Made by a program: the position numbers and the translations under genes. This document shows, in pieces, positions 22,437 to 34,700 of a stretch of DNA of 37,987 nt. Every line of letters starts with the position of its first letter. Position 1 is the first letter of the stretch. Origin of the DNA: Hypanus sabinus (lineage: Eukaryota). The notes beneath the pieces are model-generated. The model was given only the letters and a program-made list of their open reading frames with translations. It ran no database searches and was not told the origin of the DNA. The stretch is from assembly GCF_030144855.1 (NCBI RefSeq), contig NC_082733.1:45162014-45200000 (forward strand). Reading direction: 5' to 3'.

Positions 22437-24700
22437 GTTAGAAACATAGAAAACCTATAGCACATACAGGTCCTTCGGCTCACAAAGTTATGCGGAACAT
22501 GTCCCTCTATTTTTCTAAGCTCCACATAGCTATCCAAAAGTCTCTTAAAAGACCCTATTGTATCCGCCTCCACCACCATTGCTGGCAGCCTATTCCATGC
22601 ACTTACCACTCTCTGAGTGAAAAACTTACCCCTGACATCACCTCCATACCTACTCCCCAGCACCTTAAACCTGTGTCCTCTTGTGGCAACCGTTTCAGCC
22701 CTGGGAAAAAGCCTCCGACTATCCACACGATCAATGCCTTTCATCATCTTGTACACCTCTTTCAGGTCACCTCTCATCCTCCTCCGCTCTATTTTTCTAA
22801 GCTCCATGTACCTATCCAGGAGTCTCTTAAAAGACCTTATTGTATCTACCTCCACCACCATTGTTGGCAGTCCATCTCACGCACTCACTGCTGTCTGTAT
22901 TAATAAAAATATATATTTTTTAAAACTTACCCCTGACATCTCCTCTGTACCTACTTCTAAGCACTTAAAACTACCCTCTCGTGTTAGCCATTTCAGCCCT
23001 GGGAAAAAGCCTCTGACTCTCCACATGATCAATGCCTTTCATCATCTTATACACCTCTATCAGGTCACCTCTTATCCTCCGCCGCTCCAAGGAGAAAAGG
23101 CTGAGTTGACTCATCCTATTCTCATAAGGCATGCTCCCCAATCCAGGCAATGTCCTTGTAAATCTCCTCTGTACCATTTCTATAGTATCCACATCTTTCC
23201 TGTAGTGAGGCAACCGAAACTGAGCACAGTACTCCAAGTGGGGTCTGACCAGGGTCCTGTATAGCTGTAACATTACCTCTTGGCTCTTAAACAATCCCAC
23301 GGTTGATGAAGGCCAATGCACTGTATACCTTCTTAGCCACAGAGTCAACCTGCGCAGCAGCTTTGAGTGTCCTATGGACTTGGACCCCAAGATCCCTCTT
23401 ATCTTCCACACTGCCATGAGTCTTACTATTAATACTATATTCTGCCATCATATTTGACCTGCCAAAATGAACCACCTCACACTTATCTGAGTTGAACTCC
23501 ATCTGCCACTTCTCAGCCCAGTTTTACATCCTATTAATGTCCCACTGTAATCTCTGACAGCCCTCCACACTATCCACAACACCTCCAACTTTTGTGTCAT
23601 CAGCAAACTTACTAACCCATCCCTCCACTTCCTCATCCAGGTCATTTATAAAAATCATGAAGAGAAAGGGTCCCAGAACAGATCTCTGAGGCACACCACT
23701 GGTCACCAACCTCCATGCAGAATATGACCTGTCTACAACCACTCTTTGCCTTCTATGGGCAAGTCAGTTCTGGATCCACAAAGCAATGTTCCCTTGGATC
23801 CCATGCCTCCTTACTTTCTCAATAAACCTTGCATGGGGTACCTTATCAAGTGCCTTTGCTGAAATCCATATACACTACATCTACTGCTCTTCCTTCATCA
23901 ATGTATTTAGTCACATCCTCAAAACATTCAATCAGGCTCGTAAGGCACGACCTGCCCTTGACAAAGCCATGCTGACTATTCCTAATCATATTATACCTCT
24001 CCAAATATTCATAAATCCTGCCTCTCAGGATCTTCCCCATCAACTTACCAACAACCACTGAGGTAAGACTCACTGGTCTATAATTTCCTGGGCTATCTCT
24101 AATCCCTTTCTTGAATAAAAAAACAACTTCCGCAACCCTCCAATCCTCTGGAACCTCTCCCATCCCCATTGATGATTCAAAGATCATCGCCAGAGGCTCA
24201 GCAATCTCCTTCCTCACCTCCCACAGTAGCCTGGGGAACATCTCATCCGGTCCCGGCGACTTATCCAACTTGATGTTTGCCAAAAGCTCCATCACATCCT
24301 CTTTCTTAATATCTACATGATCAAGCTTTTCAGTCTGCTGCAAGTCATCACTACAATCACCAAGATCCTTTTCCATTGTGAATACTAAAGTATTCATTAA
24401 GTACCTCTGCTATTTCCTCCTGTTCCATACACACTTCCCCACTGTCACCCTTGATAGGTCCTATTCTTTCACGTCTTATCCTCTTGCTCTTCACATACTT
24501 GTAGAATATCTTGGGGTTTTCCTTAATTCTGCCTGCCAAGGCCTTCTCATGGCCCCTTCTGGCTCTCCTAATTTCCTTCTTAAATTCCTTCCTATTAGCC
24601 TTATAATCTTCCAGATCTCTAACATTACCCAACTCTCTGAATCTTTTGTAAGTTTTTCTTTTCTTCTTGACTAGATTTACTACAGCCTTTGTAAACTAGG
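22437..24700 (-). mobile_element. CR1 LINE, 5'-truncated ORF2 (RT) with frameshifts and a duplicated 3' segment
   Basis: KSPGPD, GNYRPVSLTS, QHGFVKGRSCLT, VDVVYMDFSK, GVPQ.SVLGP, SKFADDTK and LVRPHLEYC motifs; (tagaaaca) tail at the left end. Confidence 0.93.
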
Positions 24701-24907
24701 GTTCCTTTGTTCTGTTATTGATTCTGAGGCCTCCCACTGAGGTTGTTTGATTTACTAATGAACCACTGGACTCAAATGGCAAAGACATCCTCTCCACCTC
24801 CCAACCTCCCAGCTTAGTCAGACCGGTTTGTTAGGATATCTCCTTTGTGTTCTTTTACAACAGATTTTACCAATCACATCAAAAACTCAAGGTTCCATAA
24901 AAATGTT

Positions 24908-25236
24908 AAACACAAGGTGTTCTGCAAGTGCTGGAGGAACTCAGCAGGTCAGACAGCATCTATAGAAATGAATAAACAGTCGACGTTTTGGGCTGAGACT
25001 CTTCATCACGACCGGAAGGGAAGGGGCCAGGAGCCAGAATTAAAAGGTGCGGGAGGGGGGGGGGGAGAGGAAGGAGCAGAAGCTGGCAGCTGGTAGGTGA
25101 GTCCAGGTGAGGGGAAAGGAGGCTTCTGCCCCCTTTCCAGTCTTGATGAAGGCTCTTAGCCCAAAATGTTGACCGTTTATTCCCCTTCATAGATGCTGCC
25201 TTAACTAGAGTTCCTCCAACAGTTTGCGAGTGTTAC
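24908..25236. mobile_element. Penelope-like-derived short repeat, inverted pair with degenerate hammerhead motifs
   Basis: Motifs at 24977-25014 (-) and 25138-25175 (+); arms are approximate reverse complements. Confidence 0.75.
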
Positions 25237-25304
25237 ACCATTAAAATATTCTTCTCCATTGGAAGACTTGCTTCCACTCATGTTTTGTGGGTCTTGAAGC
25301 TGGG

Positions 25305-25520
25305 TGGGTTGGTTTATTAATGTCACATGTGTAGAGATACAGTGAAAAGCTTGTCTTAAATACAGATTACACAGGTCAAATCATTACACAGTGCACTGAG
25401 GTAGTACAAGATAAAACAATAACAGAATAAAGCGTAGCAGCTACAGAGAAAGTGCAGTGCAGTATATGATAAGGTGCAAGATCATAATGAGGTAGATTGT
25501 GAGGTCAGGAGTCCATCGTA
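25305..25520 (-). mobile_element. Rex1/Babar-type LINE 3' end
   Basis: Homologous to 4045-4335. Confidence 0.55.
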
Positions 25521-26446
25521 CTGGTAATGGGCAGAGCAGTTCAGCTGCTGAACTGTGATGGGATGCTTCATGTGCTGAGGGTCAATGGAGACATGACGGA
25601 TTTATTTTGCTTCTGAGAACAGGTAGAGCGTTAGTGAGTTCTCCAACGTGGATGGATGGGTGTTTTGTGAGCTGGTGTGGATGCTTGTTGTTGAGATGGA
25701 GGTGCGAACATCCAGGAGAAAGAGAGGCAGTGGTTGGCACCAAAATTCAGGAAATGACTGAGGTCCACATTGAGAACAGAAAGCAGCAACAATATCGTCT
25801 GGGAGGAGGGACACAGGCTCTGCTTGGACCCTGCCGGCTTCCACATCTACAGTCTGATATAAACAATGTTTACCCGGGGGAGAAGGTGCTCAAAGTGACA
25901 GCAAGCTCAGACTGACAAGTCGGCGTAATATGAGCTGCGGTGTTCCGTGGCAGCAGGACACAATAAAAAGTACAGATCACAATACAAAGATAAACATGTA
26001 TACTTAAAGCAATTAAATTAAATAATGAGTGCAAAAAGAGAGGAAAAATGTGAGGTAGTGTGCATGGGTTCAATGTCCATTCAGAAATCTGATAGCTGTG
26101 AGGAAGGAGCTGATCATGAAACATTGAGTGTGGATCTTAAGGCTCCTGTACGTCCTCTCTGATGATCGTAATGAGAAGAGACTGAGTGAGTGTATCAGTG
26201 GAGGAAAGCTGGTGAGGACAGACATAGAGAGTCGGAGGGATTGTACATCCCATGCTAAAGTGAAAATGTTGGTTCAGAGGTTCAAAGGTTGAATGTCAGA
26301 GGAATAAAATGTTGGGATCAGGGAATTAGAAGGTGGCAATGGACTTTGGACCAAAGAGAAGGCCCTTTCCACTGACTCCACTCCAGCCCCTTCCCACTTC
26401 CATCTGCTGCCAGCAGGCAACAGAGCGGGTGATCCACTGTAGGACA

Positions 26447-28410
26447 GTGGTGACCCAGTGTGGTGTGTGTGTGTGACCCAGTGTGGTGTGTGTGTGTGAC
26501 CCAGTATGGGGTGTGGGTGACCCAGTGTGGTATGTGTGTGTGACCCAGTATGGGGTGTGGGTGACCCAGTGTGGTGTGTGTGTGTGACCCAGTATGGGGT
26601 GTGGGTGACCCAGTGTGGTATGTGTGTGTGACCCAGTGTGGTGTGTGTGTGTGACCCAGTGTGGTGTGTGTGTGTGACCCAGTATGGGGTGTGGGTGACC
26701 CAGTGTGGTGTGTGTGTGTGACCCAGTATAGGGTGTGGGTGACCCAGTGTGGTATGTGTGTGTGACCCAGTATGGGGTGTGGGTGACCCAGTGTGGTGTG
26801 TGTGTGTGACCCAGTATGGGGTGTGGGTGACCCAGTGTGGTATGTGTGTGTGACCCATTGTGGGGTGTGGGTGACCCAGTGTGGTGTATGTGTGTGACCC
26901 AGTATGGGGTGTGGGTGACCCAGTGTGGTATGTGTGTGTGACCCATTGTGGGGTGTGGGTGACCCAGTGTGGGGTGTGTGTGACCCATTGTGGGGTGTGG
27001 GTGACCCAGTGTGGTGTATGTGTGACCCAATATGGGGTGTGGGTGACCCAGTGTGGTATGTGTGTGTGACCCATTGTGGGGTGTGGGTGACCCAGTGTGG
27101 GGTGTGTGTGACCCATTGTGGGGTGTGGGTGACCCAGTGTGGTGTATGTGTGACCCAATATGGGGTGTGGGTGACTCAGTGTGGTGTGTGTGTGACCCAG
27201 TATGGGGTGTGGGTGACCCAGTGTGGTGTGTGTTTGACCCAATATGGGGTGTGGGTGACCCAGTGTGGTGTGTGTGTGACCCAGTATGGGGTGTGGGTGA
27301 CCCAGTGTGGTATGTGTGTGTGACCCAGTATGGGGTGTGGGTGACCCAGTGTGGTGTATGTGTGACCCAATATGGGGTGTGGGTGACCCAGTGTGGTGTA
27401 TGTGTGACCCAATATGGGGTGTGGGTGACCCAGTATGGGGTGTGGGTGACCCAGTATGGGGTGTGGGTGACCCAGTGTGGTGTATGTGTGACCCAGTATG
27501 GGGTGTGGGTGACCCAGTGTGGTGTGTGTGTGACCCATTGTGGGGTGTGGGTGACCCAGTATGGGGTGTGGGTGACCCAGTGTGGTGTATGTGTGACCCA
27601 ATATGGGGTGTGGGTGACCCAGTGTGGTGTGTGTGTGACCCAGTATGGGGTGTGGGTGACCCAGTGTGGTATGTGTGTGTGACCCAGTATGGGGTGTGGG
27701 TGACCCAGTGTGGTGTGTGTGTGACCCAGTATGGGGTGTGGGTGACCCAGTGTGGTGTATGTGTGACCCAATATGGGGTGTGGGTGACCCAGTGTGGTGT
27801 ATGTGTGACCCAATATGGGGTGTGGGTGACCCAGTATGGGGTGTGGGTGACTCATTGTGTGGTATGTGTGACCCAATATGGGGTGTGGGTGACCCACTGT
27901 GGGGTGTGGGTGACCCAGTGTGGGGTGTGGGTGACCCTGTGTATGGTGTGTGATCCAATATGGGGTGTGTGACCCAATATGGGGTGTGGGTGACCCAGTG
28001 TATGGTGTGTGATCCAATATGGGGTGTGTGTGACCCAGTGTGGGGTGTGGGTGACCCAGTGTATGGTGTGTGATCCAATATGGGGTGTGTGGGTGACCCA
28101 GTGTGGGGTGGGGTGTGGGTGACCCAGTGTGGGGTGTGGGTGACCCAGTGTATGATGTGTGACCCAATATGGGGTGTGGGTGACCCAGTGTATGGTGTGT
28201 GATCCAATATGGGGTGTGTGACCCAATATGGGGTGTGGGTGACCAACTGTGGTGTGTGTGTGACCCAGTGTGGGGAGTGTGTGACTCATTGTGTGGTATG
28301 TGATTCAGTGTAGGTGGTGTGTGACCGAGTGTGTGGGTGTGTGACCCAATGTGTGTGTGTGTGTGTGTGTGGGGGGGGGGGTGACCCAGTGTGGTGTGAC
28401 CCAGTGTGAG
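26447..28410. repeat. G/T-rich minisatellite of alternating 21-25-bp units (GTGACCCAGTATGGGGTGTGG / GTGACCCAGTGTGGTGTGTGT)
   Basis: Tandem units read directly; 7-aa periodicity in the ORF track. Confidence 0.97.
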
Positions 28411-31345
28411 GTGTTGGAATTACATCTTTTGAAAGGGGTGACATAGGGTTAGAGAATGTTGTATCTTTGTGGGTGGAGCTAAAAAACTGCAAAGGTTAGA
28501 AAAACATTATGGGAATCATATATAGGCCTCCAAATAGTAGCCAAGATGTGGGGTTGAGTTTGCAAAGGGAGCTGGAAAAGGGTAATGTCACAATTGTAAT
28601 GGGTAACATCAGTATGCAAGTGGATTGGGAAAATCAGGTTGGTGTCAGATTGCGAGACAGGGAATACGTTGAATGCTTATGAAATGTTTTTCTTGGAGCA
28701 GCTTGGGCTTGGGGAAAGGGTATATTAGATTGGGTGTTGAATAATAACCCAGATCTTATTAGGGAGCTTAATGTAAAGGAACCCTGAGGAGACAGTGATC
28801 ATAACATGAGTGAATTCATATTGTGATTGGAGAGGGAGAAGCACAAGTCACGTGCGTCAGTATCGCAAAAGAATAAAGGGAATAACAGAAGCATGGGAGA
28901 GAAGCTTGCCCATGTATATTGGAGGAGAATACTGGCGGGGATGATGGCAGAGCAGAGGTGGCTGAAGTTTCTGGAAATAGTTCACAAGTCACAAGATAGC
29001 TATGTCCCACAGAGGAATAAGTTCTCAAATGGCAGGGGTAGCAGCCATGGCTGACAAAGGAAGTTAAGGACTGCATAAAAGCCAAGGAAAGGGCATAAAG
29101 GGTAGCAAAAGTGAGTGGGAAGTTGGATGATTGGGAAGCTTTTAAAATCCAACAAAAGGGAATTAAAAAACTTTAAGAAGGGAAAAGATGAAATGAGGGC
29201 AGACTAGCCAATAATATAAAGCAGGATACCAAAAGTTTTTCAGATATATAAAGAGTAAAAGATGGGTGAAGTTAAGGACTGCATAAAAGCCAAGGAAAGG
29301 GCATATAAGGTAGCAAAAGTGAGTGGGAAGTTGGATAATTTGGAAGTTTTTAAAATGCAACAAAAGACAACTAAAAGCTATAAGATGAAATATGAAGGTA
29401 AAGTAGCCAATAATATAAAGCAGGATTGAAAAGTTTTTTCAGTTACATAAAGAGTGAAAGGGAAGTGAGAGTTGATATTGGACCACTGGAAAATGATGCT
29501 GGTGAGATTGTAATGGTGTTCAAAGAAATGGCAGATGAACTTAATGGGTACTATGTATCTGTCTTCACTGTGGAAGACACCAACAGTGTGTTAGAGGTCC
29601 GTGAGTGCCATTGCTATTACAAACTCAAAAGTTGTCGGGTCTTGAAGTCACCTGGATAGATGGACTACATCTCAGAGTCCTGAGTGAAGTTGCTGAAGAG
29701 TTAACAGATGCATTGCTTGATTCTGGCATGGTCCTGGAGGAATGGAAAATTGCAAATGTCACAAGAAGGCAGAAGAAAGGAAATTATAGGCTAGTTAGCC
29801 TAACCTCAGTGGTTGGGAAAGTGTTGGAGTCCATAATTAAGGATGTTTCGAGGTACTTGGAGACCAATGATAAAATAAGTCAAATCAACATGGTTTCTGT
29901 GAAGGGAATTCTTGCCTGATAAATCTGTTAGAGTTCTTTCAGGAAGTAACAAGCAGGGTGGACAAAGGAGGGCAGTGGATGTTATTTACTCGGATTTTCA
30001 GAAGGCATTTGATAAGGTGCCATACACAAGGCTGCTTAACAAGATAAAATCCTGTGGTGTTACAGGAAAGATACTGGTGTGGATAGAGGAATGGCTGACA
30101 GGCAGGAGGCAGTGAGTGGGTATAAAGGAGACCTTTTCTGGTTGGCTGCCAGTGACTAGCGGTGTTCCTCAGGGGTCAGTATTGTGACCACTACTTTTCA
30201 CATTGATTTGTCAATGATTTAGATAATGGAATTAATAGACAATAAGTGCAGGAGCAGGCCATTCGGCCCTTTGAGCCAGCACCACCATTCAATGTGATCA
30301 TGGCTGATCATCCACAGTACCCCGTTCCTGCCTTTCTCCCCATATCCCTTGACTCCGCTATCTTTAAGAGCTCTATCTAACTCTTTCTTGAAAGCATCCA
30401 GAGAATTGGCCTCCACTGCCTTCTGAGGCAGAGCATTCCATAGATCCACAACTCTCTGGGTGAAAAAGTTCTTCCTGAACTCCGTTCTAAATGGCCTACC
30501 CCTTATTCTTAAACTGTGGCCTCTGGTTCTGGACTCCCCGAACATCAAGACCATGTTTCCTGCCTCTAGCGTGTCCAATCCCTTAATAACCTTATATGTT
30601 TCAATCAGATCCTCTCTCATCCTTCTAAATTGATGACTTGATGACTTTGTGGCAAAGTTTTCGGATGATATGAAGATAGATGGAGGGGTAGGTAGTGCTG
30701 AGGAAGCAATGCGATTGCTGCAGGACTTGGACAATTTGAAAGACTGGGCAAAAAAGTGGCAGATGGAATACAGTGTTGGGAAATGTATGATAATGCATTT
30801 TGGTAAAAGGAACAATAGTGCAGACTATTATCTAAATGGTGAGAAGGTTCAGACATCAGGGTTCAAACCCCAGAATGAAGGGGTTAACATATAAGGAGCA
30901 TTTGGCAGCTTTGGGCCTGTACTCACTGGAATTTAGAAGAATGTGTGTGTGTGGGGGGGGGGTGGATTTCATTGAAACCTACTGAATGTTGAAAGGACTA
31001 GATAGGGTGGATGTGGAGAGAATGTTTTTCTATGGTGGGGGTATCCAGGACTAAAGGGTAGAGCCTTGAAAATTGAGAGGTGACTTTTAGAACGGAGATA
31101 AAGAGGATTTTATTTTAGCCAGAGAGTAGTGAATCTGTGGAATGCTCTGGCACGGACTGTAGTGGAGGCCAAGTCTGTGGGTATATTTAAGGTAAAAGTT
31201 GATAGTATCCTGATCAGTCAGGGCATCAAAGGATCTGGTGAGAAGGCAGGTGTGTGGGTTTGAGTGGGCTCTGGGATCAGCCATGATAGAATGGTGGAGC
31301 AGACTCGATGGGCTGAATGGCCTAATGAGCGCCAATGTCTTGTGT
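28411..31345 (+). mobile_element. Decayed CR1 LINE ORF2 (endonuclease to 3'UTR) with an internal duplication and a nested insertion
   Basis: YRPPN, LDWVL and SDHN endonuclease motifs; NYRLVSLTS, DFQKAFDKV and KFSDD RT motifs; 3' tail near 31320-31345. Confidence 0.9.
30234..30630 (-). mobile_element. CR1 3' end inserted antisense into the older CR1
   Basis: RRMREDLIETYK..GESRTRGHSLRIRGRPFRTE.RKNFFTQRVV; the host sequence resumes in register (gataatggaatt...gatgactttgtggcaaag). Confidence 0.88.
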
Positions 31346-31369
31346 TATCCGAGTGGATGGGACTCTGGT

Positions 31370-31680
31370 TACAGTTACACCCTGTTATTAGTTACACAGG
31401 AAGTTGGAGCGGTTTGGTGTGGCGGGGAGAGGTCGCTGCCCGGTGTTCGGCGAAAGGAATTCGCCGAGTTTCTCCGCGTCGCCAGGGCCGGGAGGGAACT
31501 GTTTACAGATCGCTGCCGCAGGTCGGTCAGTGTTTTTACAACCCTTCCCCCAGCTCGAGAAGCCACTCACTCGCGGCCAGAAACATTCCCGCTTCCGAGC
31601 GAGACTGTGACCGTTCGACCCACGGGAGGGAGTGTCGGAGAGTGAAACGGGCCTACCTTAGTTAGGTGGGTTCGATGCCG
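31370..31680. promoter_or_regulatory. CpG-rich promoter-like region; candidate non-coding first exon ending at donor TAG|GTGGGT (31665/31666)
   Basis: Unique, CpG-dense sequence; ETS-like CAGGAAGT at 31378 and CTTCCG near 31592; plausible donor. Gene identity is not visible in the window. Confidence 0.55.
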
Positions 31681-34600
31681 CCCTCCCCGTCACCCACTCT
31701 CTGCTCTCCCCGTCACCCTTCTCCTCCCTCTCCCCGTCACCCCTCACCCACTCTCCGCCCTCCGCCGTCACCCTTCTCCCCCAACACCCTCTCCGCCCTC
31801 CGCCGTCACCCTTCTCCCCCGACACCCTCTCCGCCCTCCGCCGTCACCCTTCTCCCCCGACACCCTCTCCGCCCTCCGCCGTCACCCTTCTCCCCCGACA
31901 CCCTCTCCGCCCTCCGCCACCCTTCTCCCCCGACACCCTCTCCGCCCTCCGCCGTCACCCTTCTCCCCCGACACCCTCTCCGCCCTCCGCCGTCACCCTT
32001 CTCCCCCGACACCCTCTCCGCCCTCCGCCGTCACCCTTCTCCCCCGACACCCTCTCCGCCCTCCGCCGTCACCCTTCTCTCCCAACACCCTCTCCGCCCT
32101 CCGCCGTCACCCTTCTCCCCCGACACCCTCTCCGCCCTCCGCCGTCACCCTTCTCCCCCGACACCCTCTCCGCCCTCCGCCGTCACCCTTCTCCCCCGAC
32201 ACCCTCTCCGCCCTCCGCCGTCACCCTTCTCCCCCGACACCCTCTCCGCCCTCCGCCGTCACCCTTCTCCCCCGACACCCTCTCCGCCCTCCGCCGTCAC
32301 CCTTCTCCCCCGACACCCTCTCCGCCCTCCGCCGTCACCCTTCTCCCCCGACACCCTCTCCGCCCTCCGCCGTCACCCTTCTCCCCCGACACCCTCTCCG
32401 CCCTCCGCCGTCACCCTTCTCCCCCGACACCCTCTCCGCCCTCCGCCGTCACCCTTCTCCCCCGACACCCTCTCCGCCCTCCGCCGTCACCCTTCTCCCC
32501 CGACACCCTCTCCGCCCTCCGCCGTCACCCTTCTCTCCCGACACCCTCTCCGCCCTCCGCCGTCACCCTTCTCCCCCAACACCCTCTCCGCCCTCCGCCG
32601 TCACCCTTCTCCCCCGACACCCTCTCCGCCCTCCGCCGTCACCCTTCTCCCCCGACACCCTCTCCGCCCTCCGCCGTCACCCTTCTCCCCCGACACCCTC
32701 TCCGCCCTCCGCCGTCACCCTTCTCTCCCAACACCCTCTCCGCCCTCCGCCGTCACCCTTCTCCCCCAACACCCTCTCCGCCCTCCGCCGTCACCCTTCT
32801 CCCCCGTCACCCACTCTCTGCTCTCCCCGTCACCCTTCTCCCTCCTCCCCGTCACCCACTCTCCGCTCTCCCCGTCACCAGTGACCTACTCTCCACCCTC
32901 TGCCGTCACCCTCCTGCCCCGTCACCCACTCTCCGCTCTCCCCGTCACCCTCTCTCCGCTCTCCCCGTCACCCTTCTCCCTCCTCCCCGTCACCCTTCTC
33001 CCTCCTCCCCGTCACCCTTCTCCCTCCTCCCCGTCACCCACTCTCTGCTCTCCCCGTCACCCTTCTCCCTCCTCCCTGTCACCCACTCTCCGCTCTCCCC
33101 GTCACCCTTCTCCCTCCACCCCGTCACCCACTCTCCGCTCTCCCCGTCACTCTTCTCCCCCTCCCCGTCACCCTTCTCCCCCAACACCCTCTCCGCCCTC
33201 CGCCGTCACCCTTCTCCCCCAACACCCTCTCCGCCCTCCGCCATCACCCTTCTCCCCCGTCACCCACTCTCTGCTCTCCCCGTCACCCTTCTCCCTCCTC
33301 CCCGTCACCCTTCTCCCTCCTCCCCGTCACCCTTCTCCCTCCTCCCCGTCACCCACTCTCTGCTCTCCCCGTCACCCTTCTCCCTCCTCCCTGTCACCCA
33401 CTCTCCGCTCTCCCCGTCACCCTTCTCCCTCCTCCCCGTCACCCACTCTCCGCTCTCCCCGTCACCAGTGACCTACTCTCCACCCTCTGCCGTCACCCTC
33501 CTGCCCCGTCACCCACTCTCCGCTCTCCCCGTCACCCACTCTCCGCTCTCCCCGTCACCCTTCTCCCTCCTCCCCGTCACCCACTCTCTGCTCTCCCCGT
33601 CACCCTTCTCCCTCCTCCCCGTCACCCACTCTCCGCTCTCCCCGTCACCCTTCTCCCTCCACCCCGTCACCCACTCTCCGCTCTCCCCGTCACTCTTCTC
33701 CCCCTCCCCGTCACCCTTCTCCCCCAACACCCTCTCCGCTCTCCCCATCACCCTCCTGCCCCGTCACCCTCCTCCCCCTTCTCCCCCTCACCCTTCACCC
33801 ACTCTTCACTCTCCCTGTCACCCTTCTCCCCCCTCCTCCCCCTTCCCACCCACTCTCCGCTCTCCCCGTCACCTCCCCCTCCCCCTTCACCCACTCTCTG
33901 CTCTCCCTGTCACCCTTCTCCCCCCTCCTCCCCCTCCCTCACCCATTCTCCACCTTCCGTCACCCTTCTCCCCCCTCCCCGTCACCCACTCTCCACTCTC
34001 CCCGTCACCCACTGTCCGCTCTCCCCGTCACCCTTCTCCCTCCTCCCCCTCCCCGTCACCCTTCTCCCCCCTACCCCATCACCCACTCTGTTCTCCCCGT
34101 CACCTGTGACCTACCCTCCACACTCCGCCCTCTGCCATCACCCGCTCTCCCCCAACACCCACTCTCTGCTCTCCCCATCACCCTTCTCCCCGTTACCCAC
34201 TCTCCACTCTCCCCGTCACCCTTCTCCCCCTACCCTGTTACCCACTCTCCGCTCTCCCCGTCCCCCTTCTCCCCCCACCCCGTCACCCACTCTCTGCTCT
34301 CCCCGTCACCCGTGACCTACTCTCCGCCCTCTGCCGTCACCCGCTCTCCCCCAACACCCACTCTCTGCTCTCCCCGTCACCCGTGACCTACTCTCCGCCC
34401 TCTGCCGTCACCCGCTCTCCCCCAACACCCACTCTCCGCTCTCCCCATCACCCTTCTCCCCCAACACCCTCTCCGCTCTCCCCGTCACCTGTGACCTACT
34501 CTCCACACCCGCTCTCCCCCTCGCTCTTCTCCCCCCTCCCCTTCTCCCCCTCCCCTTCTCTCCCTCTCACCCTCCTCCCCGTCACCCTTCTCCCCCCCGT

Positions 34601-34700
34601 CACCCTTCTCCCCTCTCTCCCCGTCGCCCTTCTCCTCTCTCTCCCCGTCACCCTTCACCCACTCTCCGCTCTCCCCGTCACCCACTCTCCGCTCTCCCCC
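31680..34700. repeat. C-rich, CpG-rich minisatellite; homogeneous 38-bp unit CCGTCACCCTTCTCCCCCGACACCCTCTCCGCCCTCCG (about 31765-32800) grading into 19-21-bp variants
   Basis: CCGTCA at 31765 and 31803 gives period 38; tandem units read directly. Confidence 0.97.

Noticed and set aside
26274-28289. His/Thr/Pro-rich ORFs up to 613 aa
   Set aside because: Translation of a 21-25-bp tandem repeat; open in all three minus-strand frames.
31666-34109. 601-aa and 213-aa Pro/Ser-rich extensin-like ORFs
   Set aside because: The 38-bp unit is not a multiple of 3, so the peptide cycles through frames; the GTG start is the candidate splice donor.
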